A stretch of 64,000 nucleotides of DNA from Candidatus Zixiibacteriota bacterium (GTDB lineage Bacteria; Zixibacteria; MSB-5A5; UM-FILTER-46-8): assembly GCA_014730175.1 (NCBI GenBank), contig WJIR01000314.1, positions 92-64,091 of the forward strand, written 5' to 3'. A program made the position numbers and the translations under genes. The notes below the pieces were generated by a model. It did no database searches. It had not been told where the DNA came from and saw only the letters and a program-made list of their open reading frames with translations. How positions within the stretch are numbered: position 1 is the first letter of the stretch; each line of letters opens with the position of its first letter. Shown in pieces: positions 1 through 9,105 of the stretch.

Positions 1-348
1 TTTTTCCTGCCGGAAAATAGGACATATATAATAACATTTTACAACCGGTTCTTTAGCGCCTAAAGAATGCTCTATATACGCCCTCACCACACCGGCCGTT
101 CCCTCCGGTCTGAGGGTTAAGCTCCTTCCGCCCAGATCGTCAAAGGTGTACATTTCCTTGGACACGATGTCGGTCGCCTCACCTATACTTCTGGCAAAAA
201 GCTCGGTATGTTCAAAAACCGGGATTCGTATCTCCTGATAGTTATATTGCTGCATAATTTCCCGGATTTTACTTTCCATGAACTGCCAGAGATATATCTC
301 CGGGGGGAGTATGTCGTCGGTTCCTTTTATCCTTTTAATCGATTCCAT
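1..348 (-). CDS. hisS: histidyl-tRNA synthetase, N-terminal fragment (gene continues off the left edge)
   Basis: Reverse-complement translation from the ATG at 346-348 gives MESIKRIKGTDDILPPEIYLWQFMESKIREIMQQYNYQEIRIPVFEHTELFARSIGEATDIVSKEMYTFDDLGGRSLTLRPEGTAGVVRA…, which matches the conserved HisS N-terminus (…RGxxDxLP…WQ…YGYxEIRxPIxExTxLFxRxIGExTDxVxKEMYTFxDRxGxSLTLRPEGTA…). It is absent from the ORF track only because it is open at the window edge. Confidence 0.8.
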   Translation of the reverse strand, partial: MESIKRIKGTDDILPPEIYLWQFMESKIREIMQQYNYQEIRIPVFEHTELFARSIGEATDIVSKEMYTFDDLGGRSLTLRPEGTAGVVRAYIEHSLGAKEPVVKCYYICPIFRQEK

Positions 349-400
349 AATTTTAAATTATCGGGCGCCTTTGTTTAAGTCAACAATATTCGGGACAAAT

Positions 401-784
401 TCAGATAGCTTTTCGTAATTGAACATTCCATAATCTTACAAGTATTATCGCTAAAGCTATCCCCAATACATCAGCAGCAAAATCCAAAAATTCCATTTCC
501 CTGTTGGGAACAAAATACTGATGAAACTCATCGATTGCGGCGAAAATCATTCCGTATACGAACACTATCCAAATAACCGGAATTCTCATATTCGTCTTAA
601 TTGCCGCGAATGCCTTATACCAAAAGATGCCAAAAACGAAATACGCTCCGACATGCATTACTTTATCGCCTAAATCGATGCCTAAATCCTGAGTTGGCAG
701 TTGAGGCTGCGATGATATATATGTAATAAATCCTGCGTAAGATAACGCAACCACAAACCAGAAGGTTGCCCTTTTGTCAATCAC
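401..784 (-). CDS. VanZ-like integral membrane protein
   Basis: 127 aa with four predicted TM segments and a GDKVMHVGAYFVFG motif that resembles the VanZ family DKxxH…Y signature. Confidence 0.5.
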   Translation of the reverse strand: MIDKRATFWFVVALSYAGFITYISSQPQLPTQDLGIDLGDKVMHVGAYFVFGIFWYKAFAAIKTNMRIPVIWIVFVYGMIFAAIDEFHQYFVPNREMEFLDFAADVLGIALAIILVRLWNVQLRKAI

Positions 785-1093
785 GTGTCCTGTACAATTT
801 ATTATGGTTATTATATCTATAATTCGGGATCGGGGATTGTCTCTTTATTTTATCGATTTAATACAAGACGGGAATAAATCCATCTTTTAAACAGGTGACC
901 GACGGGCGCGACGAAGCATTCTTTTTTGAAGTTTTGAGAAAGTTTCGCTCTCACCCGACGGCTTTGCTCCTCTAGAACGAGCGTAAAAATAGACAACTAA
1001 ATGTGGTTGTCAAGAGGTTTTGTTCCTGTTTTAGATAGTAATATGCATTACAATATACTGGTAATTACGGTAAAAGCCCCCCTTTGTAGTACT

Positions 1094-1405
1094 TTAGCAG
1101 CTACATCCACCGCTGTTGCCGATATTTATCTGAAATCCCTTGCCCCTCAAAGGATCGTCGACATATTCGATTTTGATATCGCCAGCCGGCTTAACCTGTT
1201 CGTAGAGAACAGGATCGATGTATGCGGTTATGCCATTTGATTCTAATTCCTTCAATCCTTCTTTGGACTCATCCAGAGCCATTCCCATACTGGGACCGCC
1301 TCATCCGAATCCGCTGGCGAAGATAATAAGATGTTTGCCTTTAGCTCTATCGCTCTGTAGAACCTTTTGAATTTCTTCGCTGGCTTTGTCTGTTATATTA
1401 ATCAT
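1094..1405 (-). CDS. HesB/IscA-like iron-sulfur cluster assembly protein; candidate selenoprotein with an in-frame TGA (Sec) at 1301..1303
   Basis: The track ORF 1094..1288 (MGMALDE…GKGFQINIGNSGGCSC) is only the C-terminal part. Reading upstream in the same frame through a TGA at 1301-1303 reaches an ATG at 1403-1405 preceded by a strong RBS (AAAGGAGAG). The full product is MINITDKASEEIQKVLQSDRAKGKHLIIFASGFG-U-GGPSMGMALDE…GGCSC (103 aa), i.e. the IscA/HesB fold with the first conserved Cys (GCSG position) replaced by the TGA codon. A small hairpin CCCAGUAUGGG begins 6 nt after the UGA. Confidence 0.55.
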
Positions 1406-1773
1406 TAATAGCTCTCCTTTCCAAACTTAGTTCTAATATCCCCCATTCGTTTATAAGATTATATAAACCGCCATTTGATTCAAAACAAATACAAATTTTA
1501 TAATTGTTCCCTTCGTTCCGAAATCTCGCGGAATAATTAAAGTTTCTAAATCCGTCTGGCTCTACAAATATCATCGACTGAATTTTGACAAAAACAACCT
1601 AAGCCGTTTGAACCGTTTTGTTTTGTACTTGCGTGTGGGAAATTATGTATTATATAGTAAATGGATATCTTCTTAGGGATATTAGATGAAGCCTGATACC
1701 AATTAAATTTGTATCTTTCTCAATGAGGATGGGTTATAGTAGTCTTTAAAATAGCAAATGAAACGGAGGAAAC

Positions 1774-3825
1774 ATGAGAAAATTGGCGGAAAGTGTAGCT
1801 CTGGGGGTGATGGTTGCATTTTTACTGCAGCTTTTCTTCGCCGGAACCTATCTTAATGCGGCTGAAGGAGATAATCAGGATCCGAAAAACAGAATCGGCG
1901 CTCTCGGTTTTGAACCTTCAGAAGAAGAAATTAAACTTTTCGAGGAATTAGATAAGCAGCCGCCTCCGCCGTTGCTGTTGGACGATGAGCGTTGGGATTG
2001 GCGCGAAAATAGCGGCGTTACTCCCGTGAAAAACCAGGGCGATTGCGGTTCCTGCTGGGCATTTGCTGGAGTGGGAGCGTTTGAATCAGCGATTATTATT
2101 GCGGATTCGGTCGAATGGGATTTGTCCGAGCAGCAGGTGGTGGACTGTAACCTGTATGGCGGAAGCTGTAATGGCGGCTCGGCTCATTATGCCTATAATC
2201 TCTTCTTCACCACCGGTGCGGTTGAGGAAGAATGCTATCCATACCGAGCTCAGGATATGAACTGCGGTCAGGATAGTTGTGTTACCATGGTTTTCCTTGA
2301 CGATGCGGAGAGTGTTCCTAACAATGTGGAATCTATCAAAAACTCATTGATTAATGGCCCCGTATCATCGACATTCACTGTTTTCGATGGTTTCCACTGG
2401 GACTGCTATGACGGTCCGGACAATGAACCTTCCAACCATGCAATCGTAATCGTAGGTTGGGATGATAATATGTGCGGTGATGGCGCCTGGATATGCAAAA
2501 ATAGCTGGGGAGCGAGTTGGGGAGACGACGGTTACTTCTATATACCTTATTACTCCTGCGGAATGGGGAGATTTACCCAGAGACCGATTTACAACTCCAA
2601 TTACCCGGTTTTAACTTACAGTCTGGAGAATATTGAGGTTAATGTTGAAGAAGGCGGCCAATCCACCGATATTCTGCAACTGGGAAACACCGGTGAACGC
2701 GCCCTTTATTTCGCTATCGATTTAGCTCCGTCCTCGATTGTTGACTCATTCGGTTATTACTGGCTGCATTCCGATACTACCGGAGGTCCTGTTTACGACT
2801 GGGTTGATATCACCCAAGAAGGTCAGATAATAGAATTTTCGGGAAATCCTTCTTATGGTAATTCCGGTCATCTTCCGCTGGGATTCAATTTCAATTATTA
2901 TGGAAACAACTACAACAGTATTTGTGTCTGCTCGAATGGATGGGCTTCTTTTACCGATAGCACATCCAGTTCCAGCTATGCGCGGCATTTCCCCGAGGAT
3001 GCCGATCCCAATAATGTTATAGCGCCATTCTGGGCAAATCTCGTTCCGAATCCCGACTCCAATGCCAATATCTATTTTTATACCAATAATTCCGATTCGG
3101 CCGTTATATCCTGGGTGGATATCCCGGATGGATTGCATGATGGCAAATATACATTCCAGATCGTATTGGTCAAACCCAATACGGTTGTTCTTCAATATGA
3201 ATCTATGGATCCCAACGGTCCTCTTGACCTGGCTTCCACCGGGATGGAAAATGCTACAGGGACAGTCGGACTCGAGGTGGCTTATCATGAGCCGTTCACC
3301 ACTGACGGCAAGGCAGTGAAATTTATTTTGGGTACTCCACCCGGCGAGTTCGATTGGTTATCAACGGATATCGATGACGGTGTTGTGCCGCTTGGAGGAT
3401 TCCTGGATGTAAGCGTAACATGTGATGCCGGAGACCATCCTGCGGGGATCTATCGCGGTGTGCTTGAATTGTACTGTAACGATCCGTATGCAAAGCATGT
3501 ATATATTCCGGTTAATATGTATGTTGGCGCGGCAACCGTGGATGAAGATGGAGCAATTCCTTACAAAGTATCATTGCAGCAAAACTACCCCAATCCGTTC
3601 AACGCAAGCACGGAGATAACGTATTCGCTAACAACCGGATCCGAGGTCTGTTTGGAAGTTTACAACCTTTTAGGCCAGAAAGTTGAAACGCTAATCGATT
3701 CCAAGCAGAATACCGGATATCATTCGGTCAACTGGGATGCTTCTGAGTATGCATCGGGCATATACCTGTATAAACTTACGGTCAACGATCAGGTGTACAG
3801 AAAGCGTATGACACTGCTGAAATAG
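1774..3825 (+). CDS. secreted papain-family (C1) cysteine peptidase with a T9SS C-terminal sorting domain
   Basis: Has an N-terminal signal peptide and the active-site motif QGDCGSCWAFAGVGAFES (papain Cys box). The C-terminal ~80 aa, LQQNYPNPFNASTEITYSL…GIYLYKLTVNDQVYRKRMTLLK, is a typical Por/T9SS type-A sorting domain. Confidence 0.9.
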   Translation: MRKLAESVALGVMVAFLLQLFFAGTYLNAAEGDNQDPKNRIGALGFEPSEEEIKLFEELDKQPPPPLLLDDERWDWRENSGVTPVKNQGDCGSCWAFAGVGAFESAIIIADSVEWDLSEQQVVDCNLYGGSCNGGSAHYAYNLFFTTGAVEEECYPYRAQDMNCGQDSCVTMVFLDDAESVPNNVESIKNSLINGPVSSTFTVFDGFHWDCYDGPDNEPSNHAIVIVGWDDNMCGDGAWICKNSWGASWGDDGYFYIPYYSCGMGRFTQRPIYNSNYPVLTYSLENIEVNVEEGGQSTDILQLGNTGERALYFAIDLAPSSIVDSFGYYWLHSDTTGGPVYDWVDITQEGQIIEFSGNPSYGNSGHLPLGFNFNYYGNNYNSICVCSNGWASFTDSTSSSSYARHFPEDADPNNVIAPFWANLVPNPDSNANIYFYTNNSDSAVISWVDIPDGLHDGKYTFQIVLVKPNTVVLQYESMDPNGPLDLASTGMENATGTVGLEVAYHEPFTTDGKAVKFILGTPPGEFDWLSTDIDDGVVPLGGFLDVSVTCDAGDHPAGIYRGVLELYCNDPYAKHVYIPVNMYVGAATVDEDGAIPYKVSLQQNYPNPFNASTEITYSLTTGSEVCLEVYNLLGQKVETLIDSKQNTGYHSVNWDASEYASGIYLYKLTVNDQVYRKRMTLLK

Positions 3826-3917
3826 TTGTTAGCTATTAGTTTTTAGTTGTTAGAAGTAACAGCGGCATGTTTAGCCCCGCTTAAGAGTGGGGATATCTAT
3901 GTGATGACAATATCGTG

Positions 3918-3955
3918 CAAGGCATACGTCCCCGTATGCCTTGTTTATTCTTTCC
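3918..3955 (+). terminator. intrinsic terminator downstream of the C1 peptidase gene
   Basis: An 11 bp perfect stem CAAGGCATACG / CGTATGCCTTG with a TCCC loop, followed by TTTATTCTTTCC. Confidence 0.6.
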
Positions 3956-4172
3956 TTTAACTCGCCCCGATTTATGGCGGGAATCCGACGACAGGATGAA
4001 GATTTTACATAGGATTCGAATTTAGACGACTCTTCAAGGTGAAATCATCAAGGACGGACTCCATCCTTTTGATGCCATCAATGCGTTGGATTACCGTTAT
4101 GATCGAAAAAAACCCACAGATTCAGGCGCAAGTCACGCGATATTGTGAATAAATTTTCGTCCCATATTTAAC

Positions 4173-4200
4173 TTGACTTTTGTATAATAAAAACTATAAT
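4173..4200 (+). promoter_or_regulatory. sigma-70-like promoter upstream of pth
   Basis: TTGACT, a 16 nt spacer, then TATAAT, ending 17 nt before the pth start codon. Confidence 0.4.
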
Positions 4201-4216
4201 AAGGGTTTATCGTGGA

Positions 4217-4837
4217 ATGACTATGAAAAACGCTCTTTTACAACCGGATATAAAATTAGTTGCCGGATTAGGTAATCCCGGAAACAAATACAGTTTTACG
4301 CGGCATAATGCCGGCTTTATGGCTATCGACAGGTTCGCTGCCAGGCATGGCGTTGAGATGGAGCAGGTTAATCCTGATTACGAGTTAGCCGAATTTTCGC
4401 TAAAGGGCAGGAAAATCAGGCTGCTGAAACCGCTCAAATTCATGAATAACAGCGGATTAGCTGTGGCTCGAATCAAGAAAAAATACGATCTGTTACCAGA
4501 GGAGATACTGCTCGTATCAGATGACGTTTACATACCTTTGGGGAAAATCAGAATACGAAAGAGCGGTTCCGATGGCGGTCATAGAGGTTTGGGATCGGTA
4601 ATCGAAGAGATTGAGAGCAGGAATTTTCCCCGGGTCAGGTTTGGGATAGGTCCCAGCGATGAGGGTGTTCTTCTGGAGGATTTTGTATTACAGGATTTTC
4701 GAAAAGTGGAGGAAGAATTGCTCCATAGATCGCTGGATAAAGCTGTGAAACTGCTTGATTCGATAATTTACAGAGGAATTGATTCCGCGATAGGTACTTA
4801 TACAGTCGCAAAAAAAGACGAAATAATAAATAGTTAA
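4217..4837 (+). CDS. pth: peptidyl-tRNA hydrolase
   Basis: The N-terminus LVAGLGNPGNKYSFTRHNAGFMAIDRFA is the canonical Pth signature. Confidence 0.9.
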   Translation: MTMKNALLQPDIKLVAGLGNPGNKYSFTRHNAGFMAIDRFAARHGVEMEQVNPDYELAEFSLKGRKIRLLKPLKFMNNSGLAVARIKKKYDLLPEEILLVSDDVYIPLGKIRIRKSGSDGGHRGLGSVIEEIESRNFPRVRFGIGPSDEGVLLEDFVLQDFRKVEEELLHRSLDKAVKLLDSIIYRGIDSAIGTYTVAKKDEIINS

Positions 4838-4903
4838 TATAGTGAGTAATTGCTCCTTGCCTGTCAGTTTTGGCAGGCCGTACAGACCGAAAGGAGGTGA
4901 AAA

Positions 4904-5530
4904 TTGAAAAAGTACGAGACTACATTTGTTCTTGATGCCGGTGTTGACACCGCCTTAATTGATAGCGAAATCGGTAATTTAGAGAAGATTATCACCGAAA
5001 ATGGTGGTAAGGTATTGAAGGTGGAAAAGTGGGGCGTAAAGCGTTTTGCTTATGAACTGAAAAAGCGGCATCAGGGTAATTATTTCCATGTCAAATTCGA
5101 AGGAACGGGGGAGCTTCCCGGATTACTTAATCGTCATTTCCAAATCGATGAACATGTTCTTCGCCATCTTACCGTGGTTAGCGAAGAAGTAGGCGGAATG
5201 GAAGGGGCGCTGGAAAGAGAGCGCACGGGGGCGAGCGAGAAAAAGACCACATCGTCCCAATCCTCTGATGAGCACTCTCGGCCAACAGAGGAGGTGAAAC
5301 CGAAGGCTGAGCCGTCGGGTAGCACCGAAGAACCGAATACGGCATCAGCCGAGGATACGGGTGCAACGGAGGTAACTTCGTCGCCTTCGGAAACCGAAGA
5401 AAAGGCGAAACCTGATACAGAGAGCGAAGAGGTGGAAACGGCGTCTACGGTAACTTCTGAAGATGAAGATCTTAAAAGAGAAGCCGATCCCGATTCGATA
5501 AATGAAGAAACAGAGGAGAAGCCGGATTAG
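4904..5530 (+). CDS. rpsF: 30S ribosomal protein S6 with a long acidic, Ser/Thr/Glu-rich C-terminal extension
   Basis: The first ~100 aa (MKKYETTFVLDAGV…KVEKWGVKRFAYELKKRHQGNYFHVKFEG) are S6. The last ~100 aa are low-complexity and rich in E, S, T and D. Confidence 0.9.
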   Translation: MKKYETTFVLDAGVDTALIDSEIGNLEKIITENGGKVLKVEKWGVKRFAYELKKRHQGNYFHVKFEGTGELPGLLNRHFQIDEHVLRHLTVVSEEVGGMEGALERERTGASEKKTTSSQSSDEHSRPTEEVKPKAEPSGSTEEPNTASAEDTGATEVTSSPSETEEKAKPDTESEEVETASTVTSEDEDLKREADPDSINEETEEKPD

Positions 5531-5572
5531 TTATCATATTAGATGTAATAAGTTAGTTGTAGAAGGAGACTA

Positions 5573-5839
5573 ATGAGGATTCAAAGAACCGATTCGAGGC
5601 GGCTTAAACTCAGCTATACGGGACAGAGGCGGAAGATCTGTCGATTCTGCGAGAATAAAGCCGATTATATCGATTATAAAGAAGATAGATTGCTTCGTCG
5701 ATTCGTGAATGATCGCGGCAAGATAATTCCTCGTCGCGTCTCGGGAAATTGTGCGAAGCATCAAAGGCAATTAACAAAAGCGATCAAGCGAGCCAGACAG
5801 CTCGGGATGATCGCCTACACCCCAGAGGTGTTCGATTAG
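5573..5839 (+). CDS. rpsR: 30S ribosomal protein S18
   Basis: RKICRFCENKADYIDYKEDRLLRRFVNDRGKIIPRRVSGNCAKHQRQLTKAIKRARQLGMIAY is the S18 signature; an AAGGAGA RBS lies upstream. Confidence 0.9.
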   Translation: MRIQRTDSRRLKLSYTGQRRKICRFCENKADYIDYKEDRLLRRFVNDRGKIIPRRVSGNCAKHQRQLTKAIKRARQLGMIAYTPEVFD

Positions 5840-5842
5840 AGA

Positions 5843-6787
5843 ATGAATTCTATACCGACGGAAGCCGGAGTAAACAGGCATCAGATAAAACCGGAACTCA
5901 CTTCCTTCGCGGTGGCGATAATAGCGGTCAACTCCGCATTGGTCGGCATCCCCGTTGTGAATTACGTCTTAGGTATACTCGGAGTTGCCTGTTATCCTTA
6001 TTTATTCGTTACCGAACGCAAGAATCTGGCTATGGTTTTGGCTGTGGGTACGCTGATAATCGCTTCGATTGTCAGCGGTCTGACAGGTATGTTCTCACTG
6101 CTGTTGTCGGTGACATTACCCGGTATTGCGATCGGTTGGGCAATGAAGTCCGACCGAACGGCGGGTGAGGCTATCATATTAGGTTTCCTGCCTGCATTCG
6201 TGATCATGCTGTTTTTCCTGATAAACAGAGCGGAATTGGAAGCGGTATTGGTTTTGGCAATCGATGAGGGTATCGCTCAGATGACGACGCTTCCGGGATT
6301 CCTCGAAGATACGGAATCTATGCAGGAATCGCTACATTCATTCGGTAAAACGATATTTATGATTATGCCCTCATTGATATTGCTCTCCGGTTTGTTCAAT
6401 TCATTCATCGGTTATCTGATTGCCTCTAAAATCCTGAGAAAACGGGATTACGAAGTTCCAACCATACCGCACTTCACGAGATGGAAGCCCAATTACAATC
6501 TGGTTTGGTTGTTCATAGCCGGGCTGTTTATTTCTGTGATCGGAGTGGAGGGAACCAAAGCTGTGGGCTGGAACATACTGGTTTTCACCGGTATCATTTA
6601 TTTTGTAATCGGATTGGCTGTTGTTGAGAATTTCTTTATGAAGGCAAAAATGCCTGTATTCTTTAAGATACTTTTTTACATTGGAATTTTATTCGCGCAG
6701 CTTTTTTCGTTAGTTGTACTCGCTGGCGTCGGACTTTTCGATAGTTGGTTCAATTTCCGAAACCGAGGTTCGGCGACTACCGTTTAA
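5843..6787 (+). CDS. polytopic membrane protein, DUF2232/YybS-like
   Basis: 314 aa with about eight TM segments, and it sits between rpsR and rplI where Firmicutes have yybS. The family assignment is positional and architectural only. Confidence 0.45.
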   Translation: MNSIPTEAGVNRHQIKPELTSFAVAIIAVNSALVGIPVVNYVLGILGVACYPYLFVTERKNLAMVLAVGTLIIASIVSGLTGMFSLLLSVTLPGIAIGWAMKSDRTAGEAIILGFLPAFVIMLFFLINRAELEAVLVLAIDEGIAQMTTLPGFLEDTESMQESLHSFGKTIFMIMPSLILLSGLFNSFIGYLIASKILRKRDYEVPTIPHFTRWKPNYNLVWLFIAGLFISVIGVEGTKAVGWNILVFTGIIYFVIGLAVVENFFMKAKMPVFFKILFYIGILFAQLFSLVVLAGVGLFDSWFNFRNRGSATTV

Positions 6788-6803
6788 GTTTTAGGAGTAG
6801 TTA

Positions 6804-7268
6804 ATGAAAGTAATTCTAAAAGACGATATAGACACTCTGGGACAGGTTGGGGAGATTGTGGAGGTCAAGGATGGTTACGCCAGGAATTTTCTTATTCCGC
6901 GCAACCTGGCTATCCCGGCAACCAAGGGCAATGTGAAATCAATCGATGAGATCCACCATCAGAAGACCGTCAGGGATAATAAAAAGAAGAAAGAAGCGGA
7001 GAAACTCAGGGATGCGATCGAGAAGACATCCTGTACGGCAGAAGTGCTGGTGGGAGAAGAGGATCGTGTTTTCGGCTCCGTTACCACATACAACATAGTC
7101 GATATGTTGAAGGAAAAAGGATTCGATATCGACAGACACAATGTCCTCCTGGAGGAACCGATAAAGTCTCTCGGTGTTTATACTGTCCCCATCAAGATTG
7201 AAAAGGACCTCATTGCAAATCTCAAAGTATGGGTAGTAAAAAAGGGGAGCGCTGAAGAAGAGGAGTAA
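6804..7268 (+). CDS. rplI: 50S ribosomal protein L9
   Basis: MKVILKDDIDTLGQVGEIVEVKDGYARNFLIPRNLAIPATKGN is the L9 N-domain signature. Confidence 0.9.
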   Translation: MKVILKDDIDTLGQVGEIVEVKDGYARNFLIPRNLAIPATKGNVKSIDEIHHQKTVRDNKKKKEAEKLRDAIEKTSCTAEVLVGEEDRVFGSVTTYNIVDMLKEKGFDIDRHNVLLEEPIKSLGVYTVPIKIEKDLIANLKVWVVKKGSAEEEE

Positions 7269-7273
7269 ACCTA

Positions 7274-9091
7274 ATGGCTCTCACTTATTGCGATGGTAAG
7301 AGACTCAGAAATGTATTGCTTGCCTGCAGCAATTGGCTATCTACCAAAACAGAGGATTTGAACGCTATAAATGTTTTCCCGGTTGCCGATGGTGATACCG
7401 GTACGAATATGGCGGTTACGCTTCGTACCACAGCTTCTGCCGTAGAAAATATGGATAGGGTAGACTTAAGCGATGTAGCGGATACAATGGCATCTTCGTC
7501 TCTACTTGGCGCCCGCGGCAATTCCGGAGTTATACTATCTCAGTATTTAAGGGGTTTTGCGGCGGCTTTGAAGGGGCGGAAGAAAGTCTATGCAGATGAT
7601 CTCGCAATCGCATTTCAAGAGGGAACCAGGTCTGCATACGAGGCTATCGAATCGCCGCGCGAGGGTACCATACTCACGATCTTCCGGGAAACCGGGGAGC
7701 ATTTTAAGAAATGGACCGGTAAGACCAATGATCTTCTGGAGCTTATGGAGTCGTCCCTTGAGAAGGCGAAAAATTCATTAGCGGAGACCAAGTACAAATT
7801 GGAATCTTTGATGGATGCCAACGTCGTCGATGCCGGCGGTCAGGGATTTGTACACATGTTGGAAGCGGTAGTCGGATACATTAAAAACGGAACGATACCT
7901 AAAAGCGAATCGCCCGAATCGCAGTCGACCGAAGTACCGATGCATCATGCCAGGCCTGATAAACGCTTCTGCTGCGAGTTTATGTTAGTAAGTGACAATG
8001 ATAAAGCTAATATAATAAAGGCGAAATTGAGAGAAATGGGTAATTCTCTAATCGTCGCCGCCAGCGAAACGTGTAATAACGATTATCTTCATAAAGTCCA
8101 TATACATGCAGATGAGTATCGAGCGATCGAGTCCACTATCGGTGAATTCGGCAACATAACCCACCGCAAAGTGGACGATATGCTTAAACAACACCGTAGC
8201 ATTACTATGATTAAACCCGGTCGTTCGTCTTCGGTTTCGACTAAAACGGTGCGAATCGTGACGGACTCAACCGCTGATTTGCCGCCCGCAGTTGTCGATG
8301 AGTACGATATATCGGTAGTTCCACTGAAAGTGCTGTTCGGGACGGAAGAGTATGCAGACGGCGTGGATCTAACCCCGGATTCCTTTTTGGAAAAACTCTC
8401 GACTAATAATACATTCCCGAAGACTTCCCAGCCGGCTTCGGAGGAATTCAGGCAGCAGTATGAGACTCTGTTGGAAAGCGGCTCCACGGAAGATGTAGTC
8501 TCAATACACCTTTCATCCAAATTATCCGGCACGTTCAATTCCGCGTTGCAGGGGAGGAAGAATCTATCTTCTCCTGATAGAGTATCGGTATTCGATTCCA
8601 AAACCGCGTCTCTGGGAATGGGGATGATGGTTGTGGAGGCCGCGAGATTGGCTCGAGAAGGCAGGGGCAAGAAGGAGATACTAAATCGTTTGACGGAGAT
8701 ACAAAACAGAAGCAGCATATATTTCACCATTGATACTTTTGAATTCCTTATCAAAGGTGGAAGAGTAGGTAAAGCCAGAGGATTTATCGGCGAGCTGCTT
8801 AATGTTAAGCCGATACTAAAAGTTGTTGATGGCGAGATTGTACCGGTTGACAAGGTTCGTGGCAAGGAGAAACTGGTTGATACGGTCATTGCGCTGCTGA
8901 AGAAGGATATCGAGGATTATAAGAAGGTACGGTTCGCCGTCGGTATGTCTAATGCGGATATAAACGATTTGGTTGATGGATTGCACGCCGAATTCGCAGT
9001 CAAGCCCGAATTAATATTTGATTTAGGTCCGGTAATAGCATCTCATACAGGTCCGGGCGCCTGGGGAGTGTATTACCAAAATGAAAAATAA
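7274..9091 (+). CDS. DAK2-domain (DhaL-like) / DegV-domain fusion protein (YloV-like)
   Basis: The N-terminus has the DGDTGTNMAVTL motif (Dak2/DhaL). The C-terminal half has DegV hallmarks (IVTDSTADLP, GMGMMVVEAARLAREG). Confidence 0.75.
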   Translation: MALTYCDGKRLRNVLLACSNWLSTKTEDLNAINVFPVADGDTGTNMAVTLRTTASAVENMDRVDLSDVADTMASSSLLGARGNSGVILSQYLRGFAAALKGRKKVYADDLAIAFQEGTRSAYEAIESPREGTILTIFRETGEHFKKWTGKTNDLLELMESSLEKAKNSLAETKYKLESLMDANVVDAGGQGFVHMLEAVVGYIKNGTIPKSESPESQSTEVPMHHARPDKRFCCEFMLVSDNDKANIIKAKLREMGNSLIVAASETCNNDYLHKVHIHADEYRAIESTIGEFGNITHRKVDDMLKQHRSITMIKPGRSSSVSTKTVRIVTDSTADLPPAVVDEYDISVVPLKVLFGTEEYADGVDLTPDSFLEKLSTNNTFPKTSQPASEEFRQQYETLLESGSTEDVVSIHLSSKLSGTFNSALQGRKNLSSPDRVSVFDSKTASLGMGMMVVEAARLAREGRGKKEILNRLTEIQNRSSIYFTIDTFEFLIKGGRVGKARGFIGELLNVKPILKVVDGEIVPVDKVRGKEKLVDTVIALLKKDIEDYKKVRFAVGMSNADINDLVDGLHAEFAVKPELIFDLGPVIASHTGPGAWGVYYQNEK

Positions 9092-9105
9092 GGTATAAAT
9101 AACAA

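Noticed and set aside
1001-1240. A 79-aa plus-strand ORF overlapping the HesB-like gene.
   Set aside because: Antisense to the conserved IscA/HesB C-terminal region; nothing recognisable.
8089-8889. A 266-aa minus-strand ORF inside the DAK2/DegV fusion gene.
   Set aside because: Entirely antisense to a well-supported protein-coding gene, with a low-complexity S/T/L-rich product and no homology signal.
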